DNA of 64,000 bases from a bacterium (GTDB lineage: Bacteria > JAHJDO01). The stretch covers positions 1,802 to 65,801 of the forward strand of contig JBDRTG010000021.1 in NCBI GenBank assembly GCA_043824255.1. Reading direction: 5' to 3'. The translations under genes and the position numbers were made by a program. This document shows, in pieces, positions 48,782 through 57,632 of this stretch (position 1 is its first letter; each line of letters begins with the position of its first letter). The notes beneath the pieces were generated by a model. It was given only the letters and a program-made list of their open reading frames with translations, had not been told where the DNA came from and made no database searches.

Positions 48782-50011
48782 TTATGCTCCTTTATTTTTA
48801 TTAATTAGTTCAACAATTCTATCCCAGATTCTATGGGCTACTTCTTCTTTAGTCCACTTTGGTAATTCTTCCACATTATTGTTTCTATCGATTATTTTTA
48901 CAATATTAGTCTCGCTTTCAAATCCTGCGTCAGGCTGGGTTACATCATTAACCACAATTAAATCCAGATTTTTCTTCTTTAATTTTATCTTGGCGTTTTT
49001 TACAAGATTATTGGTTTCTGCTGCAAAGCCGACAATAATTCTACCATTTTTTATTTTTCCCAGTTTTTCCAATATATCATCTGTAGGCTCCAAATCTATT
49101 TTTAACATGCCTTTTCTTTTTATTTTGTTTTTTTCTGTTTTTTGGGGTTTAAAATCACCAACAGCAGCAGCCATTACTAAAATATCAGCATGTTCGAAAT
49201 TATCCAGAACAGCTTTGCCCATTTGATCTGCAGTTTCCACTGAGATGTATTTTACACTCGCAGGAGGAGCTAAAAGTGTTTTTCCACTTATTAATGTTAC
49301 ATTTGCCCCTCTTACTCGTGCAGTATGTGCTAAGGCAAATCCCATTTTCCCTGTAGCTGGATTTCCAATAAATCTTACGGGGTCTATGTACTCTCTTGTG
49401 CCACCCGCTGTTACAAGAACTCTTTTCCCTTTCAGGTCATATGTATCAAAAAGATTACCTTCAATTAAGACGTCAACAACATGCTGAATAATTGAGTCCA
49501 CTGAGGCCAGTCTTCCCTCTCCTTCTTTTCCACATGCCAACTTTCCGTACTCAGGATTAATAAATTTGACACCAGCTATCCGAAGTTTTTTCTCATTATG
49601 AGAGTATATATGACTTTTGTACATTCTCTCATTCATAGCAGGAGCCATCAAAACAGGTTTGTTCCCGGTGGACAGTAATGTTGTAGAGAGAAGGTCATCT
49701 GAAATGCCACTTGCTACCTTCCCTATAATATTGGCAGTTGCCGGTGCTACAAGGAACAAGTCAGCACTATCACTTATAGCTATATGAGTTAGTGGGTCTT
49801 CAAGTCCGCCTGAGGGAGGGAACATGTTAATATATACAGGATTATTGGAGAGTGTCCGTAATGTTGTCTCTCCAATGAATTTAGCAGCATTTACCGTCAT
49901 GACAACCCTGACATTTGCATTCAAGTCCTTTAATCTTCTTACTATTTCCGCTGCTTTGTATGCTGCAATGCTGCCCGTAACACCAAAAATTATTGTTTTT
50001 CCTGTTAGCAT
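48782..50011 (-). CDS. coaBC: Bifunctional phosphopantothenoylcysteine decarboxylase / phosphopantothenate-cysteine ligase
   Basis: Motifs GVTGSIAAYKA, PAMNERM, LACGKEGEGRL, ITAGGTREYIDPVRFIGNPATGKMG, and AAAVGDF. Confidence 0.95.
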   Translation of the reverse strand: MLTGKTIIFGVTGSIAAYKAAEIVRRLKDLNANVRVVMTVNAAKFIGETTLRTLSNNPVYINMFPPSGGLEDPLTHIAISDSADLFLVAPATANIIGKVASGISDDLLSTTLLSTGNKPVLMAPAMNERMYKSHIYSHNEKKLRIAGVKFINPEYGKLACGKEGEGRLASVDSIIQHVVDVLIEGNLFDTYDLKGKRVLVTAGGTREYIDPVRFIGNPATGKMGFALAHTARVRGANVTLISGKTLLAPPASVKYISVETADQMGKAVLDNFEHADILVMAAAVGDFKPQKTEKNKIKRKGMLKIDLEPTDDILEKLGKIKNGRIIVGFAAETNNLVKNAKIKLKKKNLDLIVVNDVTQPDAGFESETNIVKIIDRNNNVEELPKWTKEEVAHRIWDRIVELINKNKGA

Positions 50012-50012
50012 A

Positions 50013-50267
50013 TTACTTCTTCTTTTTTCCTTTTTTCTCTTTACCCTTCTCCATTACTTCAGGCTCTGTCTTTTCACTCTTTACAGTCTCCCAACCTATC
50101 ATTCCTGTTCTAATTTCCTCTAGGGCAATATTTACTGGCGTATCTTTAATATCTACAAGTTTCGGTGATCCTGCATTAAGCTGTCTTGATCTCTTTGCAG
50201 CCATATTTAGCAGAATGAATATATTATCTGCTTTCCCTAAAAGTTCTTCGCTATTTGAATCTATCAC
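50013..50267 (-). CDS. rpoZ: DNA-directed RNA polymerase subunit omega
   Basis: 84 aa. The core NIFILLNMAAKRSRQL...NIALEEI is followed by a Lys-rich tail. Confidence 0.8.
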   Translation of the reverse strand: MIDSNSEELLGKADNIFILLNMAAKRSRQLNAGSPKLVDIKDTPVNIALEEIRTGMIGWETVKSEKTEPEVMEKGKEKKGKKKK

Positions 50268-50278
50268 GTTTTCCTCCT

Positions 50279-52957
50279 TTATTCTAAAAAACTTTTAACC
50301 TTATCCAGGTTTTCTATTAATTTTACCCTATTTTTACTAATCATTTCCCTTTTTTTGTGCTGATTTTTTATAACATCTTTTGGTGCTTTACCTAAGAAAT
50401 CTTGATTATCAATCTTTCTGCCTATCTTCTCAAATTCCTCTTCTAATTTAGCAATCTTTTTTTCAAGACGGTTTTTCTCTGAAGCAAAATCGAATTTATC
50501 TCCCAAACACAAAAATACCGCTATCCCAGATTTAGTAAGATCTGAAGGAAATGGAGAACTAACCTTTATATTATAACCTATTTTCACATCTGTAGCATGT
50601 AATAATCTTTGCATTCCTATTCTATCTGAACTCAGTGCTTTTTCCTCCTCTATACTGGTCGTCTTGACTATATAATTGAGATCTTCTGATAAAGGAATAT
50701 TCCAATCCCCTCTCAAATTTCTACCAACATTAATAACCTCATATTTAAGCATTGCTTTGTTAGTTTCTTCCCAATTAACATATCTAGAATCTGCCTCTGG
50801 CCAGGATGATATCATAATACTTTTATCTAAATCCGTATCTACAGTCTTTCTTAGATTCTGCCATATTTCTTCTGTGATAAACGGTATGAAAGGATGTAAT
50901 AACTTAAGACTTTGCTTCAACACGTGAAATAGTACTGCTCGAGCTGCAGCGCAACCTGTTTCCTCAGACATTCTATGCTTTATTATTTCCAGATACCAGT
51001 CACAGAATTCATGCCAGAAGAAGTTATAGATTTTACTTGCAGCTTCATTGAACTTGTACCTTTCCAGACTTTCAGTTAGAGATACAATGGTTTGATTTAA
51101 TTTAGTTAAGATGAACCAATCATCTGATGCCAAATTATGAGAAGTCAAGTCAATATTTAAGTTCTTATACCCTGCTAAATTTGTTATTGAAAAACGTCCA
51201 GCATTCCACAATTTATTACAGAAATTCCTTGCTCCTTCTATTCTTGTAGTTGTCAACAGAATATCCTGCCCTCCCAAGGTTGAGAGGTCTGCAAGAGCCA
51301 ATCGCAATGTATCAGCGCCGTATTGGTTAACAAGATCTATGGGATCAATTACATTCCCAGCGGATTTGCTCATTTTCTTTCCTGAAGAATCTCTGACAAT
51401 CCCATGAAGATAAACTCTCTCAAAAGGAATCTTGTCCATAAACTGCAGTCCCATCATAATCATACGTGCAACCCAAAAATATATTATGTCATATCCAGTA
51501 ACCAATACTGTTGTAGGATAGAAATGACCTAACTCTTTTGTCTGGTTAGGCCATCCCATTGTAGCAAAAGGCCACAAGGCAGAGCTAAACCATGTATCAA
51601 GCACATCAGAATCCTTCTCCAGATCCATGCTTTCACATCTGGCGCATTTCAAAGGTTTTTCTATGTCTACTATTATTTCTCCACAATTATTGCAATACCA
51701 AACTGGTATTTCGTGTCCCCACCAGATCTGCCTTGAAATACACCAGTCCTTAATGTTCTCCATCCAGTTTAAGTAAACCTTTTCCCATCTAGACGGTGAA
51801 AACCTTATTTTACCGCTGGTTACAGCCTTTATCGCAGGTTGAGCTAATGATTTCATACTAACAAACCATTGCTTGGAAACTAATGGCTCCACAACAGTAT
51901 GACATCTTGAGCAATGCCCTACATTGTGAAGATGACTTTCTATCTTCAAGAGATACCCTTCTTTTTTTAGATCTTCCACTAATTTTTCTCTGCAGGAATA
52001 TCTATCCATTCCATCATAAACACCCGCATTTTTATTCATTCTGCCTTTTTCATCTATGACAACGACTTGTTTCAGATTATGCGCAAGCCCAATTTCATAA
52101 TCAACCGGATCATGAGCTGGCGTTACTTTAACCGCACCTGTTCCAAATGAGCTATCCACTCTCTCATCAGAAATAACAGGAATTTTCCTTCCAACAATAG
52201 GCAATATAACTATCTTCTTTATAAACCTTTTATATCGTTTGTCCTGAGGGTGAACAGCAATTGCGGTATCTCCAAGCATTGTTTCTGGTCTAGTGGTAGC
52301 AATTACTATTTGGTCATTGCTTTGCTCTAAAGGATAATTAAGGTAGTACAGACTGCCTTTCAATTCCTTCCTTTCCACTTCTATATCTGAAATTGCTGTC
52401 TGACAACGGGGGCACCAATTAACAATATAATTATCTCTATATAGCAATTTATTTTTATACAACCTAATAAAGGCTTCCTTTACAGACCTTGCATAATCAT
52501 CGTCCATCGTAAATCTTTCTCTTGACCAGTCACATGATGTCCCCAATCTTTTCAATTGACTTATTATTCTACTGCGATACTCTTCCTTCCATTTCCATGC
52601 ATATTTAAGGAATTTTTCTCTACCAAGACTGTCTCGCGTTAGCCCTTCCTGAGCGAGTCTTTTCTCTATTACATTTTGTGTAGCAATTCCCGCATGGTCA
52701 GTTCCTGGTATCCATAGAGCATTAACCCCCTGCATCCTCTTCCATCTGACCAGAATATCCTGAAGAGTCTCGTCTAATGCATGCCCCATGTGCAGAACTC
52801 CAGTTACATTTGGCGGAGGAATGACAATACAGAACGATTTCTTACCAGAAGTTGCTTCTGCATGAAAGAATCCATTCTTTTCCCAGAAAGCATACCACTT
52901 GTCTTCTACTTGTTTCGAGTCATATCTTTTCGATATCTCAGTCCCAGCTAAAACCAT
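50279..52957 (-). CDS. valS: Valine--tRNA ligase
   Basis: HIGH-type motif PPPNVTGVLHMGH, KMSKS, the editing-domain motif TTRPETMLGDTA, and a C-terminal coiled coil. Confidence 0.98.
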   Translation of the reverse strand: MVLAGTEISKRYDSKQVEDKWYAFWEKNGFFHAEATSGKKSFCIVIPPPNVTGVLHMGHALDETLQDILVRWKRMQGVNALWIPGTDHAGIATQNVIEKRLAQEGLTRDSLGREKFLKYAWKWKEEYRSRIISQLKRLGTSCDWSRERFTMDDDYARSVKEAFIRLYKNKLLYRDNYIVNWCPRCQTAISDIEVERKELKGSLYYLNYPLEQSNDQIVIATTRPETMLGDTAIAVHPQDKRYKRFIKKIVILPIVGRKIPVISDERVDSSFGTGAVKVTPAHDPVDYEIGLAHNLKQVVVIDEKGRMNKNAGVYDGMDRYSCREKLVEDLKKEGYLLKIESHLHNVGHCSRCHTVVEPLVSKQWFVSMKSLAQPAIKAVTSGKIRFSPSRWEKVYLNWMENIKDWCISRQIWWGHEIPVWYCNNCGEIIVDIEKPLKCARCESMDLEKDSDVLDTWFSSALWPFATMGWPNQTKELGHFYPTTVLVTGYDIIYFWVARMIMMGLQFMDKIPFERVYLHGIVRDSSGKKMSKSAGNVIDPIDLVNQYGADTLRLALADLSTLGGQDILLTTTRIEGARNFCNKLWNAGRFSITNLAGYKNLNIDLTSHNLASDDWFILTKLNQTIVSLTESLERYKFNEAASKIYNFFWHEFCDWYLEIIKHRMSEETGCAAARAVLFHVLKQSLKLLHPFIPFITEEIWQNLRKTVDTDLDKSIMISSWPEADSRYVNWEETNKAMLKYEVINVGRNLRGDWNIPLSEDLNYIVKTTSIEEEKALSSDRIGMQRLLHATDVKIGYNIKVSSPFPSDLTKSGIAVFLCLGDKFDFASEKNRLEKKIAKLEEEFEKIGRKIDNQDFLGKAPKDVIKNQHKKREMISKNRVKLIENLDKVKSFLE

Positions 52958-52990
52958 TTTAAAATTTCCTTAATAATGCTAAGTGGTATG

Positions 52991-53019
52991 ATTTTATGCT
53001 TTTTTAGACACAAAGTCAA
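52991..53019 (-). promoter_or_regulatory. Candidate sigma70-type promoter for the valS-rpoZ-coaBC gene string
   Basis: The minus strand reads TTGACT (53019-53014), a 17-nt spacer, then TAAAAT (52996-52991), about 30 nt upstream of the valS ATG. No T-box-sized leader is present. Confidence 0.4.
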
Positions 53020-53045
53020 TTTTAGCACCTTTGTAATTAATGAGC

Positions 53046-54014
53046 TCAGGTTTGTTCATCTTGAGAAAGTTTTGGAGGCTTATGAAATATATAGAATATG
53101 CCACCGAAAAGATTTAAAATGAGTACAATAAGTCTTATAATTATTGACATGGTTACAGCTAAACCGCAAGCTCCGGTAACAAGTCCAAAGAAATATTTAT
53201 ACATGCTCTCTCCAAGTCCCCATCCTGCGAATGTGATTGGAACCACGCTTATAGTTGCAATAATTGGAATAAACAAAAAGAAATATTTCATTGAAACATT
53301 TAACCCCAGACCCAATGCTATCTGGTAATTTATCAATATGGACATAATCTGTATAACGATAGACATTAGAAAAACCTCAGCAAGCAAGGCTTTTTTGGAC
53401 CTGTAAATGTAGAACGCTGAGTACACACGCTTTAAAGAAACAACGGCTTTTTGCCACCTTTCCTTTTTTACAGTAAAGGAAATTTTTTTCATAAGGCGCT
53501 TGTTAAAAAAAACAATACATAAAATAGTTATCATCAAAAAAAACACGACTATACTTATTGCAGGTTTTCTAATCTGAGGATCTGATATAGCATAGAGACT
53601 TGCAACTGCACCTATCGTAAGAAGAGCTAACATGCCAACAATTCTGTCAATAAGTACTGTTGTCGCTGCTTCAAGTCTTTTATCAGTATGTTTCGACACA
53701 TAATATGCCTTCACAACGTCTCCACCCGTCAGACTTGGCATAAAGGTATTAAAAAATAGTCCAATAAAATTCAGTTCTAATGTTTTGAAAAACGGAAGAT
53801 ATATGTCCTGCCCTTTGAGAAGTTCTTGCCATCTTAAGCAGGCTATGAAAACAATAACAATGTACAATCCAATTGCTATAAGAAGGCGTGATAACTCTAT
53901 GCTTTTGATATGTTCTACTATTTTGTGAGGGCTAATATCCGGTCTTGAGAAAACATACCAGAGAATTCCTATACTAATACATAATTTCAGAATCCAAAAC
54001 AGGGTTTTTTTCAT
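53046..54014 (-). CDS. Flippase-like membrane protein (UPF0104 / lysyl-PG synthase TM-domain family)
   Basis: About 8 TM helices. The motif PSLTGGDVVKAYYVSK is typical of this family. Confidence 0.7.
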   Translation of the reverse strand: MKKTLFWILKLCISIGILWYVFSRPDISPHKIVEHIKSIELSRLLIAIGLYIVIVFIACLRWQELLKGQDIYLPFFKTLELNFIGLFFNTFMPSLTGGDVVKAYYVSKHTDKRLEAATTVLIDRIVGMLALLTIGAVASLYAISDPQIRKPAISIVVFFLMITILCIVFFNKRLMKKISFTVKKERWQKAVVSLKRVYSAFYIYRSKKALLAEVFLMSIVIQIMSILINYQIALGLGLNVSMKYFFLFIPIIATISVVPITFAGWGLGESMYKYFFGLVTGACGLAVTMSIIIRLIVLILNLFGGIFYIFHKPPKLSQDEQT

Positions 54015-54026
54015 GGATATTGCTTA

Positions 54027-54977
54027 TTATTTACTGCTTTTATACCACCTTACAAATTCAGCGATTCCATTTTCTATAGAAACTTTGGGCTGGAAATTTA
54101 GCATCTTCTTGGATTTACTGATGTCTGCATATGTAATACTCACATCACCGGGCTGATTAGGAAGTTTTGTTATCTTTGCTCTTTTGCCAAGTTCTTCTTC
54201 TATCACGTTGATGAAATAATTTAATTCTATTGGATGAGAATTGCCAAGATTGAAAATTTCATATTCAAATTGCTTATCTAGCGCAGATATTACTCCATCA
54301 ATAATATCATCAACATAGGTGTAATCTCTTTTGGAATGTCCGTCTCCGAATCTTAGAAGTTCCTTTCCTTCATCAACCCATTTTGTAAATTTATAGGTTG
54401 CCATGTCAGGTCTTCCTGATGGACCATATACAGTAAAAAATCTCAAACAAGAAATTGGTATGTTATAAAGATGGTGATATACATGACACATAACTTCTCC
54501 AGCCTTCTTAGTAGCTGCATATGGAGAAATTGCTTTATCCACATTGTCATGTTCAGAAAAGGGAATTTTTTTGTTATTACCATACACAGAAGAAGAGGAA
54601 GCAAAAATAAAGTTCTTGACATTCTTGCTTAATTCCAGCAAATGCATTGTTCCTCTCAAATTGACATCTTCGTAAAGTAGCGGATTTTCAAGCGAAGGCC
54701 TAACTCCTGCCCTTGCAGCCAGATGAACAACTCTGCTTATTCTATTAGATGAGAAGATTTCCTTTAGAGAATTGAAATCGCGAATGTCAACTCTATATAG
54801 TTTGAAATTTTTCTGGCTAAGAAACTGTTTAATATTATTTTCCTTTATTAAAGGAGAATAATAATTATTAAAATCATCCACACAAATGATAGACCTGTTA
54901 TCATCTAATAATCTTCTTATAAGATGAGACCCAATAAAACCCGCACCACCTGTTACAAGAATGCGTTCATCTTTCAT
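54027..54977 (-). CDS. NAD-dependent nucleotide-sugar epimerase/dehydratase (extended SDR)
   Basis: Rossmann motif VTGGAGFIGSHL, catalytic YAATKKAGE (YxxxK), and SSSVYG. Confidence 0.88.
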   Translation of the reverse strand: MKDERILVTGGAGFIGSHLIRRLLDDNRSIICVDDFNNYYSPLIKENNIKQFLSQKNFKLYRVDIRDFNSLKEIFSSNRISRVVHLAARAGVRPSLENPLLYEDVNLRGTMHLLELSKNVKNFIFASSSSVYGNNKKIPFSEHDNVDKAISPYAATKKAGEVMCHVYHHLYNIPISCLRFFTVYGPSGRPDMATYKFTKWVDEGKELLRFGDGHSKRDYTYVDDIIDGVISALDKQFEYEIFNLGNSHPIELNYFINVIEEELGKRAKITKLPNQPGDVSITYADISKSKKMLNFQPKVSIENGIAEFVRWYKSSK

Positions 54978-55112
54978 ATATCTACACCTTTCTATGGCTA
55001 AGTATAACGGAGTGAATATAGCATATGAGAAGGCAATTTACAATTTATCCTTCTCTCCCATACTCATCAAAGAAACATACATCTTCAAGATTTCAATCGT
55101 CATCATTTTTCT

Positions 55113-56468
55113 TTACCAATTTTTGTCTATTGACGAGAATTCATCCAGTTTTTCATGTACTATTTTCTTTATCTCTTCAAGCCTTTCTTGAGTTTTAGCT
55201 TCAAATCTTAATACCAATAATGGCTGTGTATTTGATGCTCTTACCAGTCCCCAGCCATCTTTAAACAAAATCCTTACTCCATCAATATCAATTGTGTCAT
55301 ATTTTGATTTAAAATATTTTTCTACACTGTCCATTACTTTAAATTTATCTTCTTCAGATGCGCAATTTACCCTTATTTCAGGCGTGGAAAAATAATGCGG
55401 TATCTCTCTAACTATATCTGCCAACGATTTGTCCTTCGCAGATAGAAACTGGAGTAGTCTTCCAGATGCGTATATGCCATCGTCATATCCAAAATAATTA
55501 TCTGCAAAAAACATATGTCCGCTCATTTCTCCTGCCAGAGGAGCTTTATCTTCTCTCATTTTTTTCTTAATGATGGAATGTCCCGTTTTCCACATTATTG
55601 GCTCTCCTCCATGCGCTTGAATATCTTCTATCAATGCCAGAGAGCATTTAACATCAAATATTATCTTTGCTTTCCCCTTCGAAAGAATATCCCTCGCGTA
55701 AATAGCAAGCAACTTGTCCCCTCTAATTATGTTCCCTTCATTATCAATTGTGCCAACTCTGTCTGCATCCCCATCATAGGCAATTCCAACATCTGCTTTT
55801 GTCTCTTTTACCTTTGCTATCAAATCAGCCACATATTTATCTACAGTAGGGTCAGGAAGATGGTTCGGAAAACTGCCATCAGATTCACAATAAAGAGGAA
55901 TAACTTCACATCCCAAATCTCTAAACAATCTTGGCGCAATGTCACTGGCTGTTCCGTTTCCTGCATCAATAACAACTTTAAGTTTCTTCTTTATCTCTAT
56001 CTTTTCCTTGAGCGTTTGGAAATATGTCTGTTTAGGATCTTTTTCTTTGACAGTCCCCTCTCCGATTAAAAAATCATTGGACTCTATAATTTTACTTAAT
56101 TTCTGAATTTCCTTACCATATATTGAAGCAATTCCTTTAGATATCTTGAATCCATTGTATTCAATTGGATTATGGCTTCCTGTTATCATTATTCCTGCGT
56201 CTGCCTTATAATGCAGAATTGAAAAGTAAAGCATAGGTGTTGGACCTTCCCCAACATCAATAACATCACAGCCTGTTGAGAGAAGTCCGCTTATCAGCCA
56301 ATTGTTCAATATTTTAGAGCTCAATCTGTTGTCATGCCCTACTGCAATCTTTCTGCCTTCCGACATATATGTGCCAACTGCCTTGCCAATGTTTACAACA
56401 ACATCCTGCGTTAAGTCCTCTTTCACTAAGCCTCGAATATCATATTCTCTAAAAATTTGTTCATTCAC
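55113..56468 (-). CDS. Phosphomannomutase/phosphoglucomutase
   Basis: Active-site loop TGSHNPIEYNGFK, metal loop YDGDADR, sugar loop GEMSGH, and phosphate loop RASNTQP. Confidence 0.93.
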   Translation of the reverse strand: MNEQIFREYDIRGLVKEDLTQDVVVNIGKAVGTYMSEGRKIAVGHDNRLSSKILNNWLISGLLSTGCDVIDVGEGPTPMLYFSILHYKADAGIMITGSHNPIEYNGFKISKGIASIYGKEIQKLSKIIESNDFLIGEGTVKEKDPKQTYFQTLKEKIEIKKKLKVVIDAGNGTASDIAPRLFRDLGCEVIPLYCESDGSFPNHLPDPTVDKYVADLIAKVKETKADVGIAYDGDADRVGTIDNEGNIIRGDKLLAIYARDILSKGKAKIIFDVKCSLALIEDIQAHGGEPIMWKTGHSIIKKKMREDKAPLAGEMSGHMFFADNYFGYDDGIYASGRLLQFLSAKDKSLADIVREIPHYFSTPEIRVNCASEEDKFKVMDSVEKYFKSKYDTIDIDGVRILFKDGWGLVRASNTQPLLVLRFEAKTQERLEEIKKIVHEKLDEFSSIDKNW

Positions 56469-57022
56469 AGTTTCTCTCCTAAATTAAATGCGGATTTTAA
56501 TAATTCTGATTGCTTTAGTATAGCATTCTTTTCATCAATTCCTGAACAGAAAAGTTCTTCCTTGTAATCTACATTAATAGTAACAAAGAAATTCTTTACA
56601 ATCGATTTTGCATTATCGAAGAAATCTTTTCTGTTTGATCCCTCTACAGAAATGAAAGCCCCTATCTTTCTTTCTTCAAAAACTTGTTTTCTCAATATAT
56701 TCTTCGCTCTCCAGACACATTGGAACCTGTCTATCATCATTTTGGTTTGCGCACTAAGACTTCCAAAAAATATTGGAGAAGCCAAAATTATAGCATCTGT
56801 TTCTTCCACCTTTCTATAAATAGTTTGCATATCGTCTTCAATTATGCAGAATCTATCATTGGGCATATTCTCGCACTCCTGGCAGGGAGAAAATTTTAGA
56901 TCATTTAAGACGATCTTTTCTACCCGAGCACCCTTATTTTTAGCGCCTTTCAATGCATTACCAAGAAGAATGTCTGTATTTCCACCCTTCCTTGGACTCC
57001 CATTTATTCCTAATACTTTCAT
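56465..57022 (-). CDS. Flavodoxin-fold NAD(P)H-dependent FMN reductase / iron-sulfur flavoprotein-like
   Basis: N-terminus MKVLGINGSPRKGGNT. A Cys cluster (SPCQEC...C) and ILASPIFFGSLSAQTK are typical of the Isf/NADPH-FMN reductase family. Confidence 0.8.
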   Translation of the reverse strand: MKVLGINGSPRKGGNTDILLGNALKGAKNKGARVEKIVLNDLKFSPCQECENMPNDRFCIIEDDMQTIYRKVEETDAIILASPIFFGSLSAQTKMMIDRFQCVWRAKNILRKQVFEERKIGAFISVEGSNRKDFFDNAKSIVKNFFVTINVDYKEELFCSGIDEKNAILKQSELLKSAFNLGEKL

Positions 57023-57046
57023 TTTAAACTCCTTATTTTCTTCTTG

Positions 57047-57094
57047 CCTCCCACTAACTCCAAGTATTGCTGTGGGAGGTGTCCATTAACACCT
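57047..57094. other. Two adjacent hairpins in the gap upstream of the flavoprotein gene
   Basis: CCTCCCAC (57047-57054) pairs with GTGGGAGG (57072-57079) across a 17-nt loop. GGTGT..ACACC follows immediately (about 57078-57094). Confidence 0.4.
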
Positions 57095-57141
57095 GTATTG
57101 GTAGCACATTAAACTCTGAACTGTTACAGAACATTATCATT

Positions 57142-57354
57142 TCAGTTAAATCTCAAAACAGACAGGAGAGCTCCAGGCCATTTCTTTATCCTTTTGGACA
57201 ACTCTGACATAATAAAAAATAAATGGTCTGCAGTCAAGTTTCCATTTATTGTCGTTTTGGATTTCAGGTTGAGGAATCTCTTCAAGCCTGTCTTTGTCAG
57301 GTCGCTTTTTTTAAATCCCCTCATTAAAATAGTATTTCCTGTTTTATTTTCCAT
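57142..57354 (-). CDS. Hypothetical small basic protein
   Basis: 70-aa ORF with a good SD (AGGAGA, 5 nt before the ATG). No recognisable motif. It lies in a decayed region. Confidence 0.35.
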   Translation of the reverse strand: MENKTGNTILMRGFKKSDLTKTGLKRFLNLKSKTTINGNLTADHLFFIMSELSKRIKKWPGALLSVLRFN

Positions 57355-57383
57355 TTTCTTCTCCTGTGAAGATTTAAAGATTT

Positions 57384-57602
57384 CTAAGAAATAAAATATT
57401 CTCTGCCGTTTTCCTCTGCGGATTTTTCCGCATAAACAACGCCCTTTATTACATCAAGAGTATCCTCCAGCGGGTAAGGGAGTTCTCCTGTTTTTATCAT
57501 TTTGACGAAACTTCTTAACATTTCAACATAGGCAAGGAGACATGACAGGAGTATTGAATTTTTCCGGTCATTGCCGACTCCTCTGCCGCCAGAATGGTAT
57601 TG
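57384..57602 (-). pseudogene. 5'-truncated gene remnant (C-terminus resembling Gfo/Idh/MocA-type oxidoreductases)
   Basis: 72 codons are open between an in-frame TGA (57603-57605) and TAG (57384-57386): QYHSGGRGVGNDRKNSILLSCLLAYVEMLRSFVKMIKTGELPYPLEDTLDVIKGVVYAEKSAEENGREYFIS*. No plausible start or SD. The pattern F..MIKTGE.P.P.ED.L.V....YA.EKSA.ENG looks like an oxidoreductase C-terminal tail. Confidence 0.35.
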
Positions 57603-57609
57603 TCAAATT

Positions 57610-57632
57610 GTTACAGTTTAATTATTAAAAGT
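57610..57632. repeat. 23-bp direct repeat, copy A (GTTACAGTTTAATTATTAAAAGT)
   Basis: Identical to 61222-61244. Imperfect similarity continues for about 16 nt into the last codons of the adjacent gene (AATTT..AAACTT). Confidence 0.9.

Noticed and set aside
52958-53045. Possible T-box leader upstream of valS
   Set aside because: The intergenic region is 88 nt, with a promoter-like element about 30 nt from the ATG. A T-box needs 200-300 nt, and no T-box sequence motif is visible.
57116-57135. Possible third partial copy of the 23-bp repeat (CTGTTACAGAACATTATCA)
   Set aside because: Only the heptamer GTTACAG plus a few scattered matches are shared, which is expected by chance in AT-rich DNA.
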